Below are positions 33,721-42,868 of a stretch of 61,423 nucleotides of DNA, piece after piece; position 1 is the stretch's first letter; each line of letters begins with the position of its first letter. Made by a program: the position numbers and the translations under genes. The DNA is from Kiritimatiellia bacterium (GTDB lineage: Bacteria > Verrucomicrobiota > Kiritimatiellia > RFP12 > UBA1067). Location: positions 1-61,423 of the forward strand of contig JAZUGW010000118.1 in assembly GCA_045641465.1 (NCBI GenBank). The letters run 5' to 3'. Below the pieces are notes generated by a model that did not search any database, was not told where the DNA came from, and was given only the letters and a program-made list of their open reading frames with translations.

Positions 33721-36700
33721 CTAGCGCAACAGAAAAATCGTTCCCGATGGGACCTGCGTCACCAGCGCATAATTGCGCCCCAGCACCGTTCCCGACGAAT
33801 TATAGGCGATAAAAGCCACACAGTTGGGTTCGCCTACGGCCGCCGTGAACGCCTCCGCGGGGATTTCCGCATCGAAAAGGCCGCTCGTGGGCGCCTTCTT
33901 GTCGAAGACGCGCCATCCGTTCACAAACACCGAAACGCCCGTCACCGAGGTCCCGCCCGGCCGGAAGGTCGTCCGCAACGGACGGCCCGTGTAGAGCGTC
34001 TGGTTCCCGTTCAACCCCGAGAATGCAATCGGCAGACGCGACTTGTCGGCCGTGTAGTATTTCGTACACGAACTCTGCTGCACGCTCGCCATCAGCGTCT
34101 CGACGCTTGCGAACTGACGGTCGAGCCACGGGAGACGCTGCGTGAGAAAGGTCACCAGCCGCGAGACATCCGCCTCGAAATTGCCCGCACCCTTGTTGTA
34201 GTCGGTGTTCCACTTGATCGAGTTCGCATGGCACGCCTCGACGAGCCGGTTCGTGTAGGTGGCAATGAGTCCGTCGGACCCGAGGAGGCGCGCAAACTGG
34301 TCGCGCACCTGCCAATAGCGCGTATAGAGGCGCGTGCAGAATTCCGGATTGTCCGTCCACTCTTTGTAGACGGCATCCGCCACCTTGTCGCTCGCGCTCT
34401 GGCATTTCCAACCCGTACCATCCGCCGACACGCGCGGACTTCCCACGCCCCAGTCGAAGTCCCACACCGGGCCCCACACGAGCTTACCGCCTTGGTCTTT
34501 GTACGCATAGCGGCTCTTCTTGACGGCATCGCAGTTGCCGAAGAGCTCCATCACAAGCCAGTAGTTGACCATCGATTCGAAGTCGCAGTAGTCGCCGATG
34601 TACTTGCCTTCTTTCGAATAGCCGTCCACGCTCGTACAGGCGTCCCAATAGTTCTGGAAGAACGTCTTGCAGTAGTTCAGCATCGTACTGTTGGAATTCA
34701 GATACTCCGGCGATTTGAGCATCGTCTTCACGCCGAGCACCCCCGACGACGTCGTGAACTTCGTGAGCTCGTCATATTCCTCCGAGAACTCGAAGAGATA
34801 TCCGCCCGAAATATCCTGCGTGAACGACTCGTACACCTCCGAGGGACGTCCCGTGAGCGTCACCCGGTTCGTCGCATCGTAGAAGGAGAACGAATCGCTT
34901 GTCACCCAGGTGAAATTCTGCTCGAGCTGCGTCGCCAGCGTCTCCGCCTGGTCGTCCGTGAGCCCGTGCGCCGCCGCAAATGCCTCCGCAATGCCGTCGG
35001 CGTCTTCTTCCCAGTCGTGTATGTCCACACGGTCGCCCGCAATGCGGATGTGCTCGCAGAACTGATAGGTGCCCTGCCACGCGCCGTTCAATACGCACTC
35101 GACCCAGGTGGACTTCATCCCCAGCGAACCGATCTCGTTCGCGAAATCGTACGCAAGCTTGTTGCGCAGCATGGACTGGTCATTGTAGTTCGCCAAGAGC
35201 ACCCAGTGCTTCGACTTCGGGATGTCGAACATCTTCGTCTTTTTGTCGAGCTTGATCTTCCACGGCTTTTTCGGATACGAGGCCGTCGAATTGCCGCGCA
35301 CCTTGATCGTCATCTTGCCGTCATAGAGCGACTTCCAGTCGTCGTTGCCCTGCGCATAGAGCGTACCCGTGTGCTCCTCTTTGCTCTTCGACGGCGTCGC
35401 ATGGTCGTCCGTCGTCAGATAGATCACGGGCAGACGCGAGAAGAAGAACTCTTTTTCGAGCACCTTCTTTTCGCCGTCTTTCGCCACAACCTTGATCCAA
35501 TGCTCCAGGTCGCTCGCCGTCGGCTTGTACGAACCCGTCTTCGCAAACGGCGTCGACGCGTAGTTTTTGTCCGCCCCGGCACGCGTCCACGCAAAGGAAT
35601 AGGTGGGCGCCAGACCGAAGAGCGTACCGTAGGTCGCCGTCAGCGCCTTGCCGATCCGAGGACGCGACACGTCGAGTTCAAGTTCGGTCTTGACGCGCCC
35701 GCCCATCATGTACGCACCGTCGTCCGAAAAACCGACGAGCAGGTCTTTCACGGTTCCGTTCTCCTCGCCGCGCGTCAACGCCACTTCACCGTCGACGACC
35801 GCCAGGTCGCCCGCCTGAGCCGGCGCCGCTTCGGCCGTCGCGCCATCGACCGTCCAATTCGCAGCCGTATTCCAATCGCCTTCGTCGCCGCCGACCCAGC
35901 GATAGACACGCAACGGTTCGCCTGCGTCCTCCTGTCCGGAAAAATCGGAGAAGCGCCCGCTTCCCGTGAACGACACGGACGAAATCCCGGCCGACGTCTG
36001 TGAAGGCCGCGTGCGGAACCAGGTCGCGCCCGCCTTGTTCGCCAGCCGCACCCACGTGTCGTCCTTCTTGACGAGATAGCTCACGAGCCGCAGATTTTCC
36101 ACCGTGCGCAACTCGATGCGTCCGTCGATCCACGTGCCTTCCTGCGGCGTCACGCCCTCACCCGTCAGCTCGATCCAGCCATCCGCCGTGAATCCGTTGA
36201 AACCCACCTGCCCACCAGAAAGAAGCGCGGGAGAGAGTCCCGCCGCGCCGTCAAAATCCTCGATGTCGATACCGCCCAGCCCTTCGGCGTAAAGCGAAAA
36301 GTCGATGCGCTCCACCTCGCCCCCCGTCGGCGCGACGGGCTTGAATGTCACCTCTGTCGTGCTCTCCGTGTCAATGGCAATGCCGTTGCGAACACCGTCG
36401 AAAACATTCGTCACCACCGTACCCGCCGCCAGCGGCTGCCACGCGCCGCCGGTCGTTCCGACGGACGAGAGCGTTTCGCCCGTCGTGTAATCCCGGAACG
36501 TCGCCCCGAACCAGTCCCGCGCGGCCGCCTGCGCACCGCCCGCCAACAGGAATGCGCACACGACAAGCAGACGGCGCACAACCTTCATCGCCTGCGCCGG
36601 ACAATAGTTCGCGCACGCGCCGCAGCCCGTGCATTTCTCTTTCTCGATCACCGGCAGCTGAACCTTCTCGTTCTTGTCGCCGATCTTGATCTCTTCTTCC

Positions 36701-38004
36701 TTCAACGTGATCGCCTGGCTTGGACACCGCCGCGCGCACAGTCCGCACGACATCTTCTCCTTTTCCGTGCACACAAGACACGCGGCACGGTCATAGGTCG
36801 CCACGCCGACCTTCCACGCCGCTTTCGCCTTCGCTTCGAGCGGACGCAGCGCCCCCGTCGGACACACCTCGCTGCACACCGTGCAGTTCGGATCGCAGAA
36901 CCCGTGCGTGAAATCCATCTTCGGCAGCATGAACCCGAGCGGACCATACGCCGAGAATCCCGCTGGCACGAGCACCTTGCGCGGACACTTCGCCACGCAG
37001 AGGCCGCACCCCGTACAGAGACGGCGGAACCGGTCCGGATCCGCCCCGGGCGGCGGCAGCGTGTCCTTCGGCCACGCACGCGTGTCGACGATGCACCGAC
37101 TGCTGCCCGTAGCCCCCACCACCGCCGAAGCGGTCGCCACCGCCGCAATGAACGCGCGCCGATCTTGATTCACCTCCGCCGACTTCGCCGCAGGACGCGC
37201 CGCCGTGAAGGAGATCGCACCCTTCGGACACACCCCCGCGCAGTCGAAACACCGCACGCAGCGCGCGTTGTCCACCATCTGCTTCGCGCCGTCAAGACAG
37301 AGCGCCTTGCACACCGTCGAACAGCGTCCGCACTTCACGCACTTCGCCGAATCGATCACCAGGCGGAACACCGTCTTTTTCGACAGCACCCCCAGCATCG
37401 CCCCTACCGGACAGACCGTGTTGCACACCAGCCGCCCCTTCCACGCGACCAGCAGAAACAACAACACCAGCGCACTCGCCGCCACGGCGAAACCCGAAAC
37501 GCTACGGATGAAGACCTCGCGCGTGAACAGCACGAACGGACCCTCCGTGCCCACAGTCGTCGCCACCCAGTTGTTCGCCCACTCCGCCACCGGCTGGAAG
37601 AGCGCCGAGGCGAGGCGTCCGAAAAGACTGTACGGATCGACAAGCCCCGCGAGCGCCGATCCGCCCAACACGACGAGCAGCGCGAAGACCAGCCCCGCCG
37701 CAAAGCGCACCATCGGACGATCCGGCCGCGGTGCAAACGTACGCCGCCCGAACACACGGGCCAGCCGTCCGAGAATATCCTGCAGAATCCCGAGCGGACA
37801 CACCATCGAGCAGTAGACACGCCCGAACAGCAATGTCGCCACAAGCCACGCAGCGAGCGGAATCGCCGCGCACCCGAGGAGCGCCGGCACGATCTGGATT
37901 TTCTCAAGGAGTCCGAACCCGCCGCCGAGCCCCAGGAAGAACAGCGTCACGAGCGTGAAAACGCACGCCGCCACAAGTACACGGAGAATCTTCAGCGCCT
38001 TCAT
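33721..38004 (-). CDS. Uninterrupted 1427-codon ORF: NapH-like membrane Fe-S module + NapG-like 4x[4Fe-4S] module + signal-peptide-like segment + lectin-like region + CotH kinase domain
   Basis: No stop codon between 38004 and 33721. The ATG at 38004 overlaps the AKR stop (ATGA). An internal in-frame ATG at 36588 opens MKVVRRLLVVCAFLLAGGAQAAA. Confidence 0.75.
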   Translation of the reverse strand: MKALKILRVLVAACVFTLVTLFFLGLGGGFGLLEKIQIVPALLGCAAIPLAAWLVATLLFGRVYCSMVCPLGILQDILGRLARVFGRRTFAPRPDRPMVRFAAGLVFALLVVLGGSALAGLVDPYSLFGRLASALFQPVAEWANNWVATTVGTEGPFVLFTREVFIRSVSGFAVAASALVLLFLLVAWKGRLVCNTVCPVGAMLGVLSKKTVFRLVIDSAKCVKCGRCSTVCKALCLDGAKQMVDNARCVRCFDCAGVCPKGAISFTAARPAAKSAEVNQDRRAFIAAVATASAVVGATGSSRCIVDTRAWPKDTLPPPGADPDRFRRLCTGCGLCVAKCPRKVLVPAGFSAYGPLGFMLPKMDFTHGFCDPNCTVCSEVCPTGALRPLEAKAKAAWKVGVATYDRAACLVCTEKEKMSCGLCARRCPSQAITLKEEEIKIGDKNEKVQLPVIEKEKCTGCGACANYCPAQAMKVVRRLLVVCAFLLAGGAQAAARDWFGATFRDYTTGETLSSVGTTGGAWQPLAAGTVVTNVFDGVRNGIAIDTESTTEVTFKPVAPTGGEVERIDFSLYAEGLGGIDIEDFDGAAGLSPALLSGGQVGFNGFTADGWIELTGEGVTPQEGTWIDGRIELRTVENLRLVSYLVKKDDTWVRLANKAGATWFRTRPSQTSAGISSVSFTGSGRFSDFSGQEDAGEPLRVYRWVGGDEGDWNTAANWTVDGATAEAAPAQAGDLAVVDGEVALTRGEENGTVKDLLVGFSDDGAYMMGGRVKTELELDVSRPRIGKALTATYGTLFGLAPTYSFAWTRAGADKNYASTPFAKTGSYKPTASDLEHWIKVVAKDGEKKVLEKEFFFSRLPVIYLTTDDHATPSKSKEEHTGTLYAQGNDDWKSLYDGKMTIKVRGNSTASYPKKPWKIKLDKKTKMFDIPKSKHWVLLANYNDQSMLRNKLAYDFANEIGSLGMKSTWVECVLNGAWQGTYQFCEHIRIAGDRVDIHDWEEDADGIAEAFAAAHGLTDDQAETLATQLEQNFTWVTSDSFSFYDATNRVTLTGRPSEVYESFTQDISGGYLFEFSEEYDELTKFTTSSGVLGVKTMLKSPEYLNSNSTMLNYCKTFFQNYWDACTSVDGYSKEGKYIGDYCDFESMVNYWLVMELFGNCDAVKKSRYAYKDQGGKLVWGPVWDFDWGVGSPRVSADGTGWKCQSASDKVADAVYKEWTDNPEFCTRLYTRYWQVRDQFARLLGSDGLIATYTNRLVEACHANSIKWNTDYNKGAGNFEADVSRLVTFLTQRLPWLDRQFASVETLMASVQQSSCTKYYTADKSRLPIAFSGLNGNQTLYTGRPLRTTFRPGGTSVTGVSVFVNGWRVFDKKAPTSGLFDAEIPAEAFTAAVGEPNCVAFIAYNSSGTVLGRNYALVTQVPSGTIFLLR
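34105..35436 (-). other. CotH (spore-coat protein H-type atypical kinase) domain, about aa 857-1300 of the fused ORF
   Basis: IKVRGNSTASYPKKPWKIKLDKK, WVLLANYNDQSMLRNKLAYDFA, VLNGAWQGTYQFCEHI and GPVWDFDWGVG match CotH-family hallmarks. Confidence 0.75.
36589..38004 (-). other. NapH-like (aa 1-270) plus NapG/MauM-like (aa 275-472) polyferredoxin portion
   Basis: Two membrane CxxxCP motifs (YCSMVCPLG, VCNTVCPVG). Ferredoxin motifs CVKCGRCSTVC, CVRCFDCAGVCP, CTGCGLCVAKCP, CTVCSEVCP, CGLCARRCP and CTGCGACANYCP. An internal Tat-like DRRAFIAAVATASAVVG. Confidence 0.7.
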
Positions 38005-39359
38005 CGGATCACCCCGCCTTTCTTGATGTACGTCGCTTCAGTCCGTGCGACAAGTTCGGAGATGTTTTCCATTTCCGTCGGAATGCGGAACGTCCATTGC
38101 GGACACGGCACAAGGCACTTACGGCACGCGATGCAACGATCCGCGCGCTCTTTGGCCTTGAACGTGTTGTAGTACGACGCCAGGAAACGCCGCCGCAGAT
38201 CCTGCGAATCGTTCGCACCTTCGTCCGCCGGCAGACGCCCGCTTTGCGCCCACGTGTTGTACCAGCGGAAGATCTCCGGAATCTTCACCCCGTACGGACA
38301 CGGCACGCAATATGCGCAGCCCGTGCACGGAAGCGTCTTGTACTTCATGTACTCGGCGATGGCCGCCTCGTACGTCTTGCGTTCATCGGGCGACAACGGC
38401 TTGAAATCTTCCGTGAGCGTCTCGATGTTCTCCTTGAGATACTCGAGCTTGCCCATGCCGCTGAACACGCAGGCGACGCCTGGAATCGACGCCGCAAAGC
38501 GGAACCCCCAGCGCGCCGGCGAATCTTTCGGATTCGCGCGCTTGAGAATCGCCAGCGACTCGCCGCTCAAACCGGCCGCGCGTCCGCCCGCCAGCGGCTC
38601 CATCACGAGAATGGCGACCTTGTGCTGCGCGGCGACTTCGGCGAGTTTGGGCGCATCCTTGTTCCAGCGGTACTCCATCGCATTCTGCATCACCATGCAG
38701 ACCTCGAAGACGCCCGGATACGTCTCCAGCAGCTCCTTGAGGTAGTCCGACTTCCCGTGGAAGGAAAGTCCGAGATGGCGGATGCGGCCCAGCTTCTTCT
38801 GCTCGCGCAGAAAATCCAGAACGCCGAGCTTCAGATAGACACGCTCGAATTCGGATTTGGTCCGAATCGAATGCAGCAGGTAGAAATCGAAATACGTGAT
38901 GTTCAGACGCTGGAGCTGCTCGTTGAAAATCCGCGGCGCGTCCTTCTCGCTCCTGACGAGCCAGGTCGGCATTTTCGTCGAAATCAGATAGCTGTCGCGC
39001 GGGTGCTTCTTGAGGACGCGCCCGAGGAAGGGTTCGCTCTTCCCGCGATGATAGCTGTAGCCCGTATCAATCCACGTCACGCCGTGCGCGAGGGCGAAAT
39101 CCACCATTTCCTCGGCGCGCGCCTCCATCGCCGCCTGGCCGGCGTCTCGCGTCCGCAGCGGAAAGCGCTCGGCGCAGCCCAACCCCAGAAGCGGAATCGG
39201 CGTCTTGCCATCCCCGATGAAAGGGCGCACGCGCGGCTTCGCCGTAAAGGGCGGTTCGACGGCGAAGAGATTCCCGGCGCCCAGACACAAACCCGCCGCC
39301 AGCGCCCCTTCGAGCGCACCGCGACGCGTGACAGGCAAAGGATTGGAGGACGTCTGCAT
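38001..39359 (-). CDS. Aldo/keto reductase with a C-terminal Fe-S (ferredoxin-like) domain and a Tat-like N-terminus
   Basis: PVTRRGALEGALAAGLCLGAGNLFA; AKR core (WIDTGYSYHRGKSE, FDFYLLHS, HLGLSFHG). C-terminal CTGCAYCVPCP and CIACRKCLVPCP. Confidence 0.86.
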   Translation of the reverse strand: MQTSSNPLPVTRRGALEGALAAGLCLGAGNLFAVEPPFTAKPRVRPFIGDGKTPIPLLGLGCAERFPLRTRDAGQAAMEARAEEMVDFALAHGVTWIDTGYSYHRGKSEPFLGRVLKKHPRDSYLISTKMPTWLVRSEKDAPRIFNEQLQRLNITYFDFYLLHSIRTKSEFERVYLKLGVLDFLREQKKLGRIRHLGLSFHGKSDYLKELLETYPGVFEVCMVMQNAMEYRWNKDAPKLAEVAAQHKVAILVMEPLAGGRAAGLSGESLAILKRANPKDSPARWGFRFAASIPGVACVFSGMGKLEYLKENIETLTEDFKPLSPDERKTYEAAIAEYMKYKTLPCTGCAYCVPCPYGVKIPEIFRWYNTWAQSGRLPADEGANDSQDLRRRFLASYYNTFKAKERADRCIACRKCLVPCPQWTFRIPTEMENISELVARTEATYIKKGGVIR

Positions 39360-39379
39360 AGGAGGACCCCGTTTATCGG

Positions 39380-40588
39380 TTAGTGGATGTTGCCGCGCGA
39401 AGGATGGGATTTCTTCTTCGGCGGATCGAGCTTGAGGAATGTTGCAAACTTGAGCGCCTCGGCCGGAATCTCCTCGCCGGTCGTATCGGGCATTTCGTGA
39501 AGCGGCGGCGGGGGTGCCTCAAGGTGCTGGTGCGCACGCGGCTTCGGATTGATCAACTTGCGCAGTTCGGCCTTGAACGCGTCAAGGCCCACGAGCCCCT
39601 CGTAGTCCTTGAGATCGGCGTACTCGCGCAGATCCTTCAGTGTCGGTTCGCACGAGAGCGCAATCGGCAGCTCGCCGGTCTCCTTCACGAAGCGACGCAG
39701 GTTCTTGCGGCCCGCCGCGCGGTCCATTTTGTTCGCCACCACGAGGTACGGACGCGCCGCGAGTTCCTCGTTGTAGGCGGCGATTTCGGCCGCGAGGATC
39801 TTGTAGTCGTCCCACGGTTTGCGGTTGTCGGTACCCGCCATGTCGATCATGTACACGAGCACGCGCGACCGCTCCAGGTGCTTGAGGAAATCGAACCCCA
39901 GGCCCACCCCGCGCGAAGCGCCTTCGATGATGCCCGGCACATCCGCCATGCGGATCTGCGCGAAGTCGTCGTATTCGATCGTCCCCACCATCGGGTTCAG
40001 CGTCGTAAACGGATAGCTCGCGATCTTCGGCGTGGCGCTGGAGAGGCGCGTGAGGATCGAGCTCTTGCCCGCATTGGGGAAGCCCAGAAGACCCGCATCG
40101 GCGATTGTCTTCAGCTCGAAATGCAAACGCTTCTCTTCCGCCGCGCCGCCGGGCGTGTGCTCGGTCGGGGCCTGGTTGACGGAACTCTTGAAGTGCACAT
40201 TGCCGAATCCGCCCACACCGCCCTTCGCGATGATGATGCGCTGGCCGATCGACGTGACATCCGCCACGACGAGTCCCGTCTCGAGATCCGTCACGACCGT
40301 CCCCAGCGGCACATCCACCACGAGATCCTTGCCGCGTCGGCCGAAACAGCGGCCGCCCGAACCGGGCACCCCGTCCTCCGCCACCAGCTTCGGCTCGTAG
40401 TAGAGCGAGAGCAGCGAATTCTCATGCGTCGACCCGCGCAGCACCACATCGCCGCCGCGGCCGCCATCGCCGCCATCGGGTCCGCCAAACGTCACCAGCG
40501 CTTCGCGCCGGAAAGTCGCCGCACCGTCGCCGCCTTTACCGCTGCGCACGTACACGTCGACCTGATCGATGAACGTCTTGTTCTTCAT
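39380..40588 (-). CDS. obg: GTPase Obg/CgtA
   Basis: FIDQVDVYVRSGKGGDGAATFRREA...GGPDGGDGGRGGDV (Obg fold), then GLLGFPNAGKSS (G1) and DVPGIIEGAS. The ATG at 40588 forms ATGA with the parC stop. Confidence 0.93.
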   Translation of the reverse strand: MKNKTFIDQVDVYVRSGKGGDGAATFRREALVTFGGPDGGDGGRGGDVVLRGSTHENSLLSLYYEPKLVAEDGVPGSGGRCFGRRGKDLVVDVPLGTVVTDLETGLVVADVTSIGQRIIIAKGGVGGFGNVHFKSSVNQAPTEHTPGGAAEEKRLHFELKTIADAGLLGFPNAGKSSILTRLSSATPKIASYPFTTLNPMVGTIEYDDFAQIRMADVPGIIEGASRGVGLGFDFLKHLERSRVLVYMIDMAGTDNRKPWDDYKILAAEIAAYNEELAARPYLVVANKMDRAAGRKNLRRFVKETGELPIALSCEPTLKDLREYADLKDYEGLVGLDAFKAELRKLINPKPRAHQHLEAPPPPLHEMPDTTGEEIPAEALKFATFLKLDPPKKKSHPSRGNIH

Positions 40589-42840
40589 AACAGGACTCCC
40601 TTCGTCGAAACTTCGTTCTCTTCCCACCAGGTGCCCTTCGTGGCCGACACGCGCGAAATCGCCTTCGTCGTGAGCTGGATGCCGCGGGCCGTCGCACCGC
40701 GCACTTCCACGACCGGACACTTCTTCGGCTTGCCTTTTTCGTCCAGGCCTTTCTCCACCAGCTCAAGCGGCTGGAAGAGCATCTGGTGGATCTTCTGGTT
40801 CTTCGCCGGCTTGAACTTCACGTAGAGCTGCGGCGGACACCCCTCGTCGAAGAAGAGCACCTTGCTCTTTTCCGGCGCCAGGCGGTAGTCCTTGTTGTTG
40901 ATCATGCCGCCAAAGGTAAAGCGCTTGATGTACGAGAAGCCGTAGAGAGGCTCCTCGTAGACGCACACGAATTCGCGGTCGCGGTCCTTTTCGGGATTGA
41001 AAAGGAAGACCTCGAGCAGATCCTTGTCGACGAAGATCTTGTCCGACGGCGGCGTCATCTTGTAGCGTCCGTCCTTCCACACGAACACGAGCTTGTCGAG
41101 CGACGAGCACTTGAACAGTTCGTCGCCGCCCTTGAGGCCGGATCCCACAAAGTGGTTTTCCTTGTCGTACTTGATCGTCAGTTCGCTCGACGTGAGCTTG
41201 CGCACGTCCACTTCCTGGAACGCGCCCTGCACGATCTTCGTCACGCGCGGATACTTCTTGCCGTAGATCTTGATGAGGTTCTTGAGGTACTTGACCACAA
41301 ACGCGCGCAGATGCACGAGGTTGTCGTTGACCTGATCCTCTTCCTTGCGGATGTTCTCGATCTCTTCGCGGTTCTTGTTGATGTCGAACTGCGAAATGCG
41401 GCGGATCGGGATCTTCAGCAGACGCTCGATGTCCTCGTCCGAGATCTCCGGATGGCGCAGCTCGTGGAGGAACGGCTTGAAGCCTTCGCGGATCGTCGCC
41501 TGCACGCCCTCGAACGTCTTCTCGATTTCGATGCGCTTGTAGATGCGCTCTTCGATGAAGATGCGGTCGAGCGTACGATCGTGGAAGAGCTTGTCGAGTT
41601 CGGCGAGGCGGATTTCCTGTTCGCGCTTCGTGAGGAACATGAGACGGTCGACGTTCTTCTGCAGGATCTGCGTGATCGTCATCAGGCGCGGACGTCCCGC
41701 ATCGAGCACGATCGGACGGGACGCGATCGACTTCTCGCACGTGGTGAACGCGTAGAGCGCACTCTTCACCTTCTCCTGCGTGGCGCCCGTGGCGAGTTCG
41801 AGTTCGATCTGGACGTCGCTCGAGGTGAGATCGTGGATCTTGCGCACGGCGACTTTTTTCTTCTTGATCGCCTCTTCGATCGAAGTCGAGATCGAATCCG
41901 TCGTTTCGCCCCACGGCAGCTGCGTGATGACGAGCTTGTTCTTGTCGCGCGCTTCGATGACGGCGCGAACCTTGACCTTGCCAAGACCATCCTCGTATTC
42001 CGACACGTCCATCACACCGCCCAGCTGGAAATCAGGATAGAGCTGGATCGGCTTTTTCTGGATGAGATTGATTTCGGCTTCGAGCAGTTCCACGAAGTTG
42101 TGCGGCAGAATCGCGGTCGAAAGACCGACGGCGATGCCGTCCGCTCCGAGCATCAGCAGCACGGGGATCTTCGCCGGCAGCAGCACGGGTTCTTTGTTGC
42201 GTCCGTCGTAGCTGGGCGTAAATTCCGTCGTCTTCGGATTGAACACTTCCTTGCGCGCGAGTTCCGCAAGGCGGCACTCGATGTAACGCGGCGCAGCCGA
42301 AGGCATGCCCGTGAAGAGGTCGCCGAAGTTGCCCTGGCCCTCGATGAGATAGCCCTTGCCCTTCCCCCAGAGCTTGTTCGCGAGCACCACGAGGGCGTCG
42401 CCAATCGACGCGTCGCCGTGCGGATGGTACTGCATCGTGTGGCCGACGATATTCGCCACCTTGGTGAAGCGGCCGTCGTCCTTCTCCCACAGCGAGTGGA
42501 GAATGCGGCGCTGCACGGGTTTGAGTCCGTCCTCGACGGACGGAATCGCGCGGTTGCAGATCACATACGCGGAATATTCACGGAAGTTGTAGTCGTAGAG
42601 TTCGCGCAGCGGTCCATGGCCCGTCAGCGACCCGCTTGCAGGCGGAGCCGGCGACGCGGGCGGTGGAGGTGGTGGAGGTTCCGCCGCCGCGGCTGCCTTC
42701 TTCTTCGGCGCGGCGGGTTCAGGAGACTTCTTCGGCTCGGCCGGCGCCGGAGACGCCGGCGTCGTTGGAGCGGCTGCAAACAAATCCAAATTGTCAAACA
42801 GGCTCGGCGGCTGATTATTCTTGTCGTTCTTCTTGCTCAT
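40585..42840 (-). CDS. parC: DNA topoisomerase IV subunit A (Bacteroidota-type ParC) with a Pro/Ala-rich N-terminal extension
   Basis: YSAYVICNRAIPSVEDGLKPVQRRILHSL...VANIVGHTMQYHPHGDASIGDALVVLANK. About 85 low-complexity residues precede the conserved core. Confidence 0.88.
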   Translation of the reverse strand: MSKKNDKNNQPPSLFDNLDLFAAAPTTPASPAPAEPKKSPEPAAPKKKAAAAAEPPPPPPPASPAPPASGSLTGHGPLRELYDYNFREYSAYVICNRAIPSVEDGLKPVQRRILHSLWEKDDGRFTKVANIVGHTMQYHPHGDASIGDALVVLANKLWGKGKGYLIEGQGNFGDLFTGMPSAAPRYIECRLAELARKEVFNPKTTEFTPSYDGRNKEPVLLPAKIPVLLMLGADGIAVGLSTAILPHNFVELLEAEINLIQKKPIQLYPDFQLGGVMDVSEYEDGLGKVKVRAVIEARDKNKLVITQLPWGETTDSISTSIEEAIKKKKVAVRKIHDLTSSDVQIELELATGATQEKVKSALYAFTTCEKSIASRPIVLDAGRPRLMTITQILQKNVDRLMFLTKREQEIRLAELDKLFHDRTLDRIFIEERIYKRIEIEKTFEGVQATIREGFKPFLHELRHPEISDEDIERLLKIPIRRISQFDINKNREEIENIRKEEDQVNDNLVHLRAFVVKYLKNLIKIYGKKYPRVTKIVQGAFQEVDVRKLTSSELTIKYDKENHFVGSGLKGGDELFKCSSLDKLVFVWKDGRYKMTPPSDKIFVDKDLLEVFLFNPEKDRDREFVCVYEEPLYGFSYIKRFTFGGMINNKDYRLAPEKSKVLFFDEGCPPQLYVKFKPAKNQKIHQMLFQPLELVEKGLDEKGKPKKCPVVEVRGATARGIQLTTKAISRVSATKGTWWEENEVSTKGVLL

Positions 42841-42868
42841 CTATATTTGATCCGTATCTCTTCCGTAG

